Below, in pieces: positions 1 to 6,824 of a DNA stretch of 12,022 nucleotides. The notes beneath the pieces are model-generated. The model did not search any database. It saw only the letters and a program-made list of their open reading frames with translations, and had not been told where the DNA came from. The translations under genes and the position numbers were made by a program. Positions within the stretch are counted from its first letter, which is position 1; each line of letters opens with the position of its first letter. This DNA comes from Candidatus Bathyarchaeia archaeon (lineage in GTDB: Archaea; Thermoproteota; Bathyarchaeia; Bathyarchaeales; Bathycorpusculaceae): contig JBEKWR010000034.1 in NCBI GenBank assembly GCA_049512935.1, forward strand, positions 1-12,022. The letters are read 5' to 3'.

Positions 1-1
1 C

Positions 2-649
2 GGAACGGTTCAGGGCGTATCGGTGGTTACCACCACTTGGAACGAAAGAGAAAACATTGAAGAACTGACTCGGCGGATTAGGGCGTCGCTTAAGGGTATC
101 CCACATGAAATAATTGTTGTTGACGACAGCTCTTCGGACGGAACCTTTGAGGCGGCAAGACAGGTTGCTGATTTGGCGGTTTCTAAAGTTCGGGAGGGGC
201 AAACTAAAGGGTTACTTTACGGCATGAAACTGGCGAAATTCCCAACGATCGTGACAATTGACGCCGACTTAGAGAACAGCCCCGAACTTATCCCAAGCCT
301 CATCGGAAAACTTGACGGGTTGGATTTGGTGGTGGCTTCGCGGACGGTTATTCCGAGGTTTTCTGAGAGGTTAGCTTCCAAAATGCTAGGTAAAAGGTTG
401 GGTGCCTCAGATTTTTATTCAAATTTTAGGGCTTACAAGAAACAAACTCTTGAAGGCTTGACTTTGAAGGGCGGCGAAACGTTCGGCGGAGAACTTCTGG
501 TCAGGGCAAGGAAGAAGGGCTGCAGGATTGGCGAGGTAAAGTATGAGCCTCCGCCTAGACGAAGCAAGCCCCGTATCGGCGGCAGGATTCGAGCTAACCT
601 TAGGATAATGGCCGCAACATTCAATTGCTTTCTTATCTTTTTGTTTTAA
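2..649 (+). CDS. Glycosyltransferase family 2 (DPM1/polyprenol-phosphate glycosyltransferase-like), 5' end outside the window
   Basis: The frame is open back to base 2 (GTVQGVSVVTTTWNE), which restores the first GT2 beta-strand. Motifs EIIVVDDSSSDGT and the DxD motif TIDADL are present. The GTG at 23 is probably internal. Confidence 0.9.
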   Translation, partial: GTVQGVSVVTTTWNERENIEELTRRIRASLKGIPHEIIVVDDSSSDGTFEAARQVADLAVSKVREGQTKGLLYGMKLAKFPTIVTIDADLENSPELIPSLIGKLDGLDLVVASRTVIPRFSERLASKMLGKRLGASDFYSNFRAYKKQTLEGLTLKGGETFGGELLVRARKKGCRIGEVKYEPPPRRSKPRIGGRIRANLRIMAATFNCFLIFLF

Positions 650-776
650 GAACGCCTAGTCATATTTCTGGTTCGCAGCCTACGACTTAGTTGTTGTTTG
701 TTGACAGCCACAAACCGTTAAGTTCAAAGCTACCCTAGCGTCATAGTGTATCAAAGCTTTTTTGGAAGGACCAAAA

Positions 777-1340
777 ATGAGCCAAACTAGCGAGAAAAAG
801 GATTTGGAGATTGCAACGCTTGCCGCCGGCTGCTTCTGGTGCACGGAAGCCGCGTACAGCATAATCAAAGGCGTAGAGCGAATTGAGCCCGGCTACACTG
901 GCGGCACGGTGCCTAACCCGTCTTACGAGGAGGTTTCTTCTGGCACTACGGGGCACGCGGAGGCGGCGCAGATTTACTTTGACCAGAAAGTCATCAGTTA
1001 CCGTGAAATCCTGGAGGTTTTCTTCACCATACATGACCCGACTTCGCTGAACAAGCAGGGCGCTGACGTTGGAACCCAGTACAGGTCAGCCATCTTCTAC
1101 CACAACGAAGAACAGAAGGCTACTGCAGAAAAACTCATCGATGAACTCAGCAAAGAGGGCATTTGGGATAAGCCGATAGTTACCAGCGTTGAACCCCTTA
1201 GAGAGTTTTACAGGGCTGAAACTTACCATAAAGACTACTACAAGAAGCATCCGAAAGAGGCCTATTGTCAGGTGGTCATTGCGCCGAAGATTGCGAAGCT
1301 GCAACATCGTTTCGTCGACAAAATCAAGTTACCGCTATGA
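777..1340 (+). CDS. msrA: Peptide-methionine (S)-S-oxide reductase
   Basis: Motifs GCFWC, GYTGG..PNPSYEEV, GHAE, HDPT, GTQYRSAIFY, AETYHKDY and the resolving-Cys segment AYCQVVI. ATG at 777, with GGAAGG upstream, is preferred over TTG 762. Confidence 0.97.
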   Translation: MSQTSEKKDLEIATLAAGCFWCTEAAYSIIKGVERIEPGYTGGTVPNPSYEEVSSGTTGHAEAAQIYFDQKVISYREILEVFFTIHDPTSLNKQGADVGTQYRSAIFYHNEEQKATAEKLIDELSKEGIWDKPIVTSVEPLREFYRAETYHKDYYKKHPKEAYCQVVIAPKIAKLQHRFVDKIKLPL

Positions 1341-1393
1341 TCGCCAAAGAATCCGCCTTGAGAAGCGCTGAGCCCAATTCCAGTTAGTTTTTG

Positions 1394-2641
1394 TCATGTT
1401 ATGTCGAATATCTTTGCTGCAACGTTAACCATTTCCACATCGTTGCTAGCGGCGGCTCGGCGAAAGTTTTCGACAACTGGCAGAAATGTCTTCTTCAGCA
1501 GGACACTTGTTAAGTCGTTGACGATTTTTCTCTTACGCTCATCCAACTCGCCCATCATCTCAAGAGCCTTGGTAAGTTCCCTGCGGCGGTTTTCTTCGAC
1601 CTGGGACAGAAACTCAGAGATGACTTCGTTGACTGAATCGGCGTTAATGGCACACTCCAGAGTTTCAAGTTCCCTGTCGACCACCCTGAAGGCTTCCCAC
1701 ATGCTTTTTTCACGCTCCTGCCTGTCGCTCTCAGAAATCGACGTTAAGTCATCGATATCGTAGAGCTTCACACGCGGAATCTCACTGATGGTTTCCTCAA
1801 CGTTGCAGGGGTCCGAGATGTCAATCACTAAGAGATCATTTTGGTTTTGCCTCGCCGCAATAAGCCAGGAAACCAGTTGTTTCGTCAGCAGATAGTGCGG
1901 GGCGGAAGTGCAGCAGAAAACCACGTCAGCGTCTACAAGAGCCTCGCCTAACTTGTCAAACATCACGGCTTTGCCGCCGAGCTCCCCTGCCAAACGTAAC
2001 GCGCGCTCATAGGTTCTGTTAGCGATAAAAATTGGGCTTAGGCTACGTCTAGCCATTGCCTTGGCAACGAGGGTGCCAGTTTCGCCAGCGCCCATAACTA
2101 GGATCTTCTTGTCGGTGAGGCTGCTCAGCAGGTTTTCGGCGAGTTCCACAGCTGCCGAGCCCACGGAAACGGCGCCCCGGTTGATTCCAGTTTCACTCCT
2201 TACCCGTCTTCCAATGTTTACTGCACGGTTAAACAGTAGGCTTAGAACGGGGCCTGCAGCTTTCGCTTTTTCAGCTTCAAGGTAGCTGTTCCAAACTTGG
2301 TTTATAACTTGGTCTTCGCCTATGACCATGGATTCTAACCCTGAGGCAACCCGCAGCAGATGGTTGAGGGCTTCATGGTTAACGGCGTACTCGATTGCTT
2401 TGCACGCTTCCTGGGTGTGGTCTGACGCGCGGTTCTCCAGATACTCGATGGCGGATTTGACTGTTCGGTCTCCCTGTTCGCTTACAAGGAAGAGTTCAAC
2501 GCGGTTGCATGTTTGGAGAAGCACTGACTCCTGCACGCCGTCGAGCGAGCGCATTTCGGTGTAAGCGTTCGCCTTGTCTTTGAATGATACGGCTTCTAAA
2601 AGCGGCACGCGCGCCGTCTTGTGAGTGATTCTAACGTTCAC
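1394..2641 (-). CDS. hemA: Glutamyl-tRNA reductase
   Basis: THK, catalytic TCNRVE, SGLESMVIGEDQ, SVGSAAVELA, GAGETG dinucleotide-binding loop and ANRT. Start is uncertain because similarity extends upstream of GTG 2641 (see findings). Confidence 0.95.
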   Translation of the reverse strand: MNVRITHKTARVPLLEAVSFKDKANAYTEMRSLDGVQESVLLQTCNRVELFLVSEQGDRTVKSAIEYLENRASDHTQEACKAIEYAVNHEALNHLLRVASGLESMVIGEDQVINQVWNSYLEAEKAKAAGPVLSLLFNRAVNIGRRVRSETGINRGAVSVGSAAVELAENLLSSLTDKKILVMGAGETGTLVAKAMARRSLSPIFIANRTYERALRLAGELGGKAVMFDKLGEALVDADVVFCCTSAPHYLLTKQLVSWLIAARQNQNDLLVIDISDPCNVEETISEIPRVKLYDIDDLTSISESDRQEREKSMWEAFRVVDRELETLECAINADSVNEVISEFLSQVEENRRRELTKALEMMGELDERKRKIVNDLTSVLLKKTFLPVVENFRRAAASNDVEMVNVAAKIFDIT

Positions 2642-2654
2642 GATGTCGGCGGTT

Positions 2655-3656
2655 TTAGGTGACGAGTGCGGGGTTGAGGTAGCCCCCCGTGTTCGTTATC
2701 ACCTTGATGTCTTGCATGACCTGTTCAGAAGAGTTCCACGTATCCTCGACTATCTGCTGAACAGCACGCAGCGACGAAGCCATTTTTTCGCCCATGCAGG
2801 TTAAACGGTAGGCTTTCGGCTTTCTTCGGGTGAAAACGAGTTTCTTGCCCCTCAAGCACCTGAGGTATTTGTAGGTTATTCTTCGGGAAAGCTTTGTTTC
2901 TTTTGCTAGGTTTCCAGCGCTGATTCCTGCCTCGGCGATTGCATCGTAGATTTTTCGTTCTGTTGCCGTAAGGTTTTCTTTAGTTGGGTCGCGTTTTGAT
3001 TTATAGAAGAAAATGTAGTCTCTCTCTTTCGGCGTTGCAATCAGCTTTGCAGAGCATAAACGTTTGAGGACGCGTGAGACGTTTTGGCGTGGAACTATGG
3101 CTTCTATGTCTTCGAACACTTTTTCTCCTGTAAGCATGGCTTGCAAAAGGTTTTCTTCGTACCCTTCGGAGTTGGCGGGAAGTTTCTTGGCGAAGCCTTG
3201 GAAGCGCACGAGCAGTTGGGCTAGGCGGTCCCCGAACGTGGTTGCATAGTACTCGTCGCGCGTTTGAGCAGCTAACCCAATTAGCACAAGAGGGCGCAGG
3301 TATTGTTCGTTGATGTTTGTTTGGCTGTGGTTGTAGCCTGACTTTTTAAGTTCCTGCTGTAGCTTGCCTACCGAGCACCTGCCATTGGCTATGGCTTGGA
3401 GGATCTGGAGTCTTGTCTCGTTTTTTAAAACATTCAAAAGTTCTTTTGTGTAGTTGGGGTTCGCCATGGACTTCCGAAGTGACAGCAGCTCGTTTTTCAG
3501 CTTGTACGCCTTGCAGCGATCAATGCATTGCATGGGGCTGATGGGGGAGCAATTTCTGCATTCTGCAGCAAGGGACTTGAGAACTGTGGACAGGTCGCGG
3601 TTATTCTGTGTTCTTCCCGACGGCGGAATTAAGCCGAGAACAACTAAGTTGGCCAT
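2655..3656 (-). CDS. Putative transcription regulator: N-terminal CX2CX7CX3C motif plus three winged helix-turn-helix domains
   Basis: CRNCSPISPMQCIDRC at 3513-3560; ArsR-like LKNETRLQILQAI...YLRPLVLIGL...YYATTFG; VSRVLKRLCSAKLI; LTATERKIYDAI...LSRRITYKYLRCLRGKKLV. A GGAGG SD (3669-3665) lies 8 nt before ATG 3656, so that start is preferred over TTG 3671. Confidence 0.8.
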   Translation of the reverse strand: MANLVVLGLIPPSGRTQNNRDLSTVLKSLAAECRNCSPISPMQCIDRCKAYKLKNELLSLRKSMANPNYTKELLNVLKNETRLQILQAIANGRCSVGKLQQELKKSGYNHSQTNINEQYLRPLVLIGLAAQTRDEYYATTFGDRLAQLLVRFQGFAKKLPANSEGYEENLLQAMLTGEKVFEDIEAIVPRQNVSRVLKRLCSAKLIATPKERDYIFFYKSKRDPTKENLTATERKIYDAIAEAGISAGNLAKETKLSRRITYKYLRCLRGKKLVFTRRKPKAYRLTCMGEKMASSLRAVQQIVEDTWNSSEQVMQDIKVITNTGGYLNPALVT

Positions 3657-3707
3657 CCAGTTTTCCTCCAAGTAGGCATGGAACGTTTTCGTGTAAAAAG
3701 CGTTGTC

Positions 3708-3747
3708 GTCAAGAAATGTTGACTGGCGTTAGTCAAACTTTCTTGAC
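3708..3747. promoter_or_regulatory. Tandem operator pair GTCAA-N6-TTGAC (3708-3723 and 3732-3747) forming a 40-bp imperfect inverted repeat
   Basis: GTCAAGAAATGTTGAC and (TTA)GTCAAACTTTCTTGAC(TAA). Together: GTCAAGAAA-TG-TTGACT-GGCGTT-AGTCAA-AC-TTTCTTGAC. Confidence 0.8.
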
Positions 3748-3883
3748 TAAGCCTTTTCGGCGGCTTTTTACCTTTGTAACAGGCTTGCCAACTGGTGCCC
3801 GACTCATGAAGCGTGCAAAATCTGGATTAAGCTGGAACTGCTGGTTGGCGGGTGCGGTTTACGCTTGAAAACTTGGTTTACCA

Positions 3884-3899
3884 GTCAAGGTTTCTTGAC
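3884..3899. promoter_or_regulatory. Third GTCAA-N6-TTGAC operator copy
   Basis: GTCAAGGTTTCTTGAC. It shares AGTCAAnnTTTCTTGACTAAGC with copy 2 and CCAGTCAAnnTTTCTTGAC with the reverse complement of copy 1. Confidence 0.75.
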
Positions 3900-3906
3900 T
3901 AAGCTC

Positions 3907-4431
3907 TTAGAACCTGCCGTATCTGCGTTGCTTTTTGCGTTCGGGCTTTCTTAGTTGTTCGCCACATATAGGGCAGTATGCGTTTCCTTTTGATACTGGA
4001 AGAGTGCTGCCGGCTGCGAAGAAATGGCTGTGTGGGCATTTTAGGTCAAAATCGAAGGTTTGGGTTTCGTAGTCGTGGGGGTTGGTGATGATGTCTTCTT
4101 CGAGGGATAGGTTGCTTTGTTTGATTTCATGTTCAGGCTTCTCGGCAGGGATATTAGGCATAGCTTGATGGATTGGTTTAGAAGGGGTTCCATTTTTGGC
4201 TGGGGCGGTAGCCTTGACTGGCTTAGTTGGGATGACAGGTCTGACTGAAACGGTAGTTTCGACTTTGGGGATAACGATTTTGGCAATTTTTGTTTTGGGA
4301 GGGGCTTTGTACGTGTGGGCGGCGGATGCTTTTTTGATTTTGATTATTGCGGCGGTGGTTGAGGTCCCGCAGTCGGGACAGCTTTCGCTGTATAGGGGGA
4401 GGCGACGTCCGCATTTTCGGCAAAACGGCAT
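3907..4431 (-). CDS. Double zinc-ribbon protein with K/P/T/A-rich linker and basic tail
   Basis: N-terminal FCRKCG...CPDCG, C-terminal CPHSH...YCPICG, a low-complexity linker and the tail RKPERKKQRRYGRF. Confidence 0.85.
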   Translation of the reverse strand: MPFCRKCGRRLPLYSESCPDCGTSTTAAIIKIKKASAAHTYKAPPKTKIAKIVIPKVETTVSVRPVIPTKPVKATAPAKNGTPSKPIHQAMPNIPAEKPEHEIKQSNLSLEEDIITNPHDYETQTFDFDLKCPHSHFFAAGSTLPVSKGNAYCPICGEQLRKPERKKQRRYGRF

Positions 4432-4513
4432 AGTCTCACTTTAACTTTTTAGAAGCAAAATGGTTTTGGCTGCCTTTAAACCTTAACGGAGTATTTTAAA
4501 GATTACCTGAATG

Positions 4514-4519
4514 TTTAAA
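4514..4519 (+). promoter_or_regulatory. TATA box candidate for the ncRNA at 4543
   Basis: TTTAAA lies at -29..-24 relative to G4543, which matches canonical archaeal spacing. Confidence 0.55.
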
Positions 4520-4542
4520 GGCTATTGGGTCAGTTTTTGTTT

Positions 4543-4664
4543 GGGTGGGCAATGACGACTCTGGCCCCGAAGACGCGAGGATGATGAGGATCTTGAGTGC
4601 GAAGACGGCAAAATGAACGCTCAGGCTAGTCTTGAACGTTCACTTGTCCTCGAAGAGCCCACCT
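4543..4664 (+). ncRNA. Atypical box C/D-like, multi K-turn/K-loop small RNA
   Basis: Terminal stem GGGUGGGC/GCCCACCU. C-like motifs AUGACGA (4552), AUGAUGA (4581) and AUGAACG (4613). CGAAGA at 4568, 4600 and 4651. Upstream TATA box. No ORF of 60 aa or more covers it. Confidence 0.65.
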
Positions 4665-4777
4665 AACAAAATGCCGCGCCTTTAAGCTTGATAAATGAGC
4701 CCTAACACCAAGCCTTTGAACCAACGAAAACCAGATTTATGCAGGTTAAAACCGTTTTAAGTTTCCAAAAATTGTTT

Positions 4778-4825
4778 GGCTAGGCCAGACGAGAACCATG
4801 CCGGTTGCAAGTCCGACCCAGGCTA
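4778..4825 (+). other. Degenerate tRNA-like minihelix (acceptor stem plus T arm, no anticodon arm)
   Basis: GGCUAGG (4778-4784) pairs with CCAGGCU (4818-4824) with one mismatch. GCCGG-UUGCAAGU-CCGAC (4800-4817) resembles a T arm with one mismatch and an 8-nt loop. A4825 is in the discriminator position. Confidence 0.35.
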
Positions 4826-4898
4826 GTTCTAGATGGTTGAATGCGTTTCAATCCTATTCTAGTCATGTTTTTATCTGTCACTGGGCTATAAGTGTATT

Positions 4899-6191
4899 TT
4901 GGTGACGATTTTGTCGGCGGCTAACATTAGCCAAGTCTACCTCTCTTTAATCCGCACCTTCCAGTTTTATCCCCAAAGACCCACGCTTAACCCCTCGTTC
5001 GACTTTCTCGCAGACGACGCAAAATACTATAATTCAGTCATAAGCGGAAACACAACCTTGGGACAAATGGGCAAGTCTGTTCCAGGCCTTGGAAAACTGC
5101 GCTCTCCTCTTGACGGCTCATGCGCCCTTAATCAAAAGAAAAAAGTGGAAGCAGACTCGCTGTTGACCAAGTTTCAAGACTATTACACGAAGCTTTACGC
5201 TCAAAAGCTGACACTCACGGCGCATTATCCCTGCGTCATCGACATCCTCCCGTCCAAAGGCGTTAATTATCAATTGGATTCCTCGACTCTGCCAGGCTCC
5301 CTGAGCAGCGCTGAAGAAAAAGAAACCAAGATGAGCGCTTCCCTAAGAATCTACCCCGCTGGCTTAGCTTCACTTCGGCTGGGCTTGTTCCTTAGCACGC
5401 AAAGCAGCTTCAAGACGGAAGACATCATCGAGTTCCTCAAGGGAAAAAACGCGGTCGTCAAGATTAAAGCGGAGCAATTCACCATTGAAGACTTGACAGC
5501 TGAATACAGACGCCGACTGCTTGCCGGGTTAAACACTGAGCTTAACTCTTTCAACTGGGAAGACACCTTTTCTTTCGTTGACATAATCAAGGCGGCGCCG
5601 TTAACCCTTGCACAAAACCAAAACGACGTGTTTTTGCCGCTCCTCTGCCTCAAATCAGCACCGAGGGCGAACGAGTGCAGCATCGATAACCTCTCCGAAG
5701 ACCCCGACATCCTTTTGCCCGGATCAAGATGCTTCGTTTCTTACCTTCCCTCAGGAGAGAAGCCAGACCGACGCAAAGTCCGAGGTTGGCTTCGAAACAG
5801 CCTTGAACTCTACTACATGCAGAAGTTTCTAATCCAACGCATCGCTGCACTGACGGACAGCGCGAATTATTCCAGCCTGCTGGAGGAAGTTAACTGGATG
5901 ATAAAGGTTAAGAAGTGGATTTTGCCGCCTAAAATCGCGTCTTTACTGTCTGCTATGAACTACACAAGCCTTCACACAAGAATCTACCCACTGCAAAAAG
6001 ACGTGTGGAGAACCAGATACAACAAAACCCTGCTGGTCTTGGACAAAGGGAACGACATCACGACCGCTAATGCGCAGGCAAAGACGCAGGTCGACGCGAT
6101 TGTGAAGTTAACAAATGACAACAACCATGAAGTCGGCTCGTGGTTTCAGAAGCTCGTTGACATAGCCGCCAAGTTTGTGGGCAAATCCTAG
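4899..6191 (+). CDS. Hypothetical protein (430 aa), no family recognised
   Basis: Long ORF with normal protein composition. TTTTTAT at 4868-4874 lies about 25-31 nt before TTG 4899/GTG 4902, which suggests a leaderless transcript. Confidence 0.8.
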   Translation: MVTILSAANISQVYLSLIRTFQFYPQRPTLNPSFDFLADDAKYYNSVISGNTTLGQMGKSVPGLGKLRSPLDGSCALNQKKKVEADSLLTKFQDYYTKLYAQKLTLTAHYPCVIDILPSKGVNYQLDSSTLPGSLSSAEEKETKMSASLRIYPAGLASLRLGLFLSTQSSFKTEDIIEFLKGKNAVVKIKAEQFTIEDLTAEYRRRLLAGLNTELNSFNWEDTFSFVDIIKAAPLTLAQNQNDVFLPLLCLKSAPRANECSIDNLSEDPDILLPGSRCFVSYLPSGEKPDRRKVRGWLRNSLELYYMQKFLIQRIAALTDSANYSSLLEEVNWMIKVKKWILPPKIASLLSAMNYTSLHTRIYPLQKDVWRTRYNKTLLVLDKGNDITTANAQAKTQVDAIVKLTNDNNHEVGSWFQKLVDIAAKFVGKS

Positions 6192-6211
6192 GAAAACCCT
6201 TCCCGTTAACG

Positions 6212-6238
6212 CTGCCCGAATAGGAAATAAGCGGGCAG
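6212..6238. terminator. GC-rich hairpin between convergent genes
   Basis: CTGCCCG-N13-CGGGCAG lies between the stops at 6191 (+) and 6249 (-). Terminator function is inferred. Confidence 0.4.
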
Positions 6239-6248
6239 AAAACAACGT

Positions 6249-6821
6249 TTATTTCTTTGGTTTTTCCCACAGCTCAAGCTTTTCTTTCTTGAGTTCGCTG
6301 CGCTTCCGTTGCAGGTACCTGTAGACCGTGTGATGTTCGCAGCCCTCGATAATCATCTGCACCGCGTTCCTAGCTGTATCCACCTGCTCAAAGCTGCCGA
6401 TTATCCCAATTGTGTGACCGTAAACAACTACATCAGCTTCCGACAACTCTTCAATCAGCTTTCTTGTCTTGCCTTCGGTGCCGATGATTCTGCCTTTTAC
6501 GCGTTTAATGTCCGATTCTGAGCGTCCAAAGACCAAGCGCAAATCTACCAAGTCAAAAATTTCGTCTTCGTTACGTATCAAGCGGTAAGTGACTTCGGGC
6601 GCGAACCCTCTGCCGATAGCCATTACAACGTCTTTTGCCTTCAGCAGCAGGGATGGGTCGGTTGCTTTTTCTGAAAGCGTAATGGCGACATCTCCTTCGC
6701 TTTCAACGGCAAGTTTTACCTGAAGCTTCTCCTCAATGTACTGTTTAACTTTGCCTTCGGGGCCAATCAGTATGCCGACTCGTTCTTTCGGAATTTTAAT
6801 AAACGTGTCCAAACCAGTCAT
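6249..6821 (-). CDS. KH-domain rRNA-processing protein (archaeal Dim2/Pno1/Krr1 family)
   Basis: Two KH GxxG loops (RVGILIGPEG, GRIIGTEGKTR), AIGRGF and GCEHHTVYRYL. It follows rio1 directly. Confidence 0.95.
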   Translation of the reverse strand: MTGLDTFIKIPKERVGILIGPEGKVKQYIEEKLQVKLAVESEGDVAITLSEKATDPSLLLKAKDVVMAIGRGFAPEVTYRLIRNEDEIFDLVDLRLVFGRSESDIKRVKGRIIGTEGKTRKLIEELSEADVVVYGHTIGIIGSFEQVDTARNAVQMIIEGCEHHTVYRYLQRKRSELKKEKLELWEKPKK

Positions 6822-6824
6822 TTT

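Noticed and set aside
3608-3868. 86-aa plus-strand ORF across the operator region
   Set aside because: It overlaps the regulator start and SD antisense, has no protein-like features, and the region is explained by regulatory sites.
4552-4656. TIGR or CRISPR-type array
   Set aside because: Only three irregularly spaced units enclosed by one terminal stem, and no recognisable Nop-domain/Tas or Cas gene in the window.
4545-4666. Acidic peptide reading (NDDSGPED / EDDEDLECEDGK...EEPT*) as an explanation of the GAAGA and GATGA motifs
   Set aside because: It needs a frameshift, and the longer frame has no start ahead of the acidic stretch after TGA 4553. The terminal stem, TATA spacing and repeated K-loop geometry fit an RNA better. 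Not fully excluded.
4778-4830. SRP RNA (GGCTAGGCC resembles an archaeal SRP 5' end) or cobalamin/FMN riboswitch
   Set aside because: No helix-8 CAGG..GGAA..AGCA motif and no room for about 300 nt; only a T-loop-like element matches the riboswitches.
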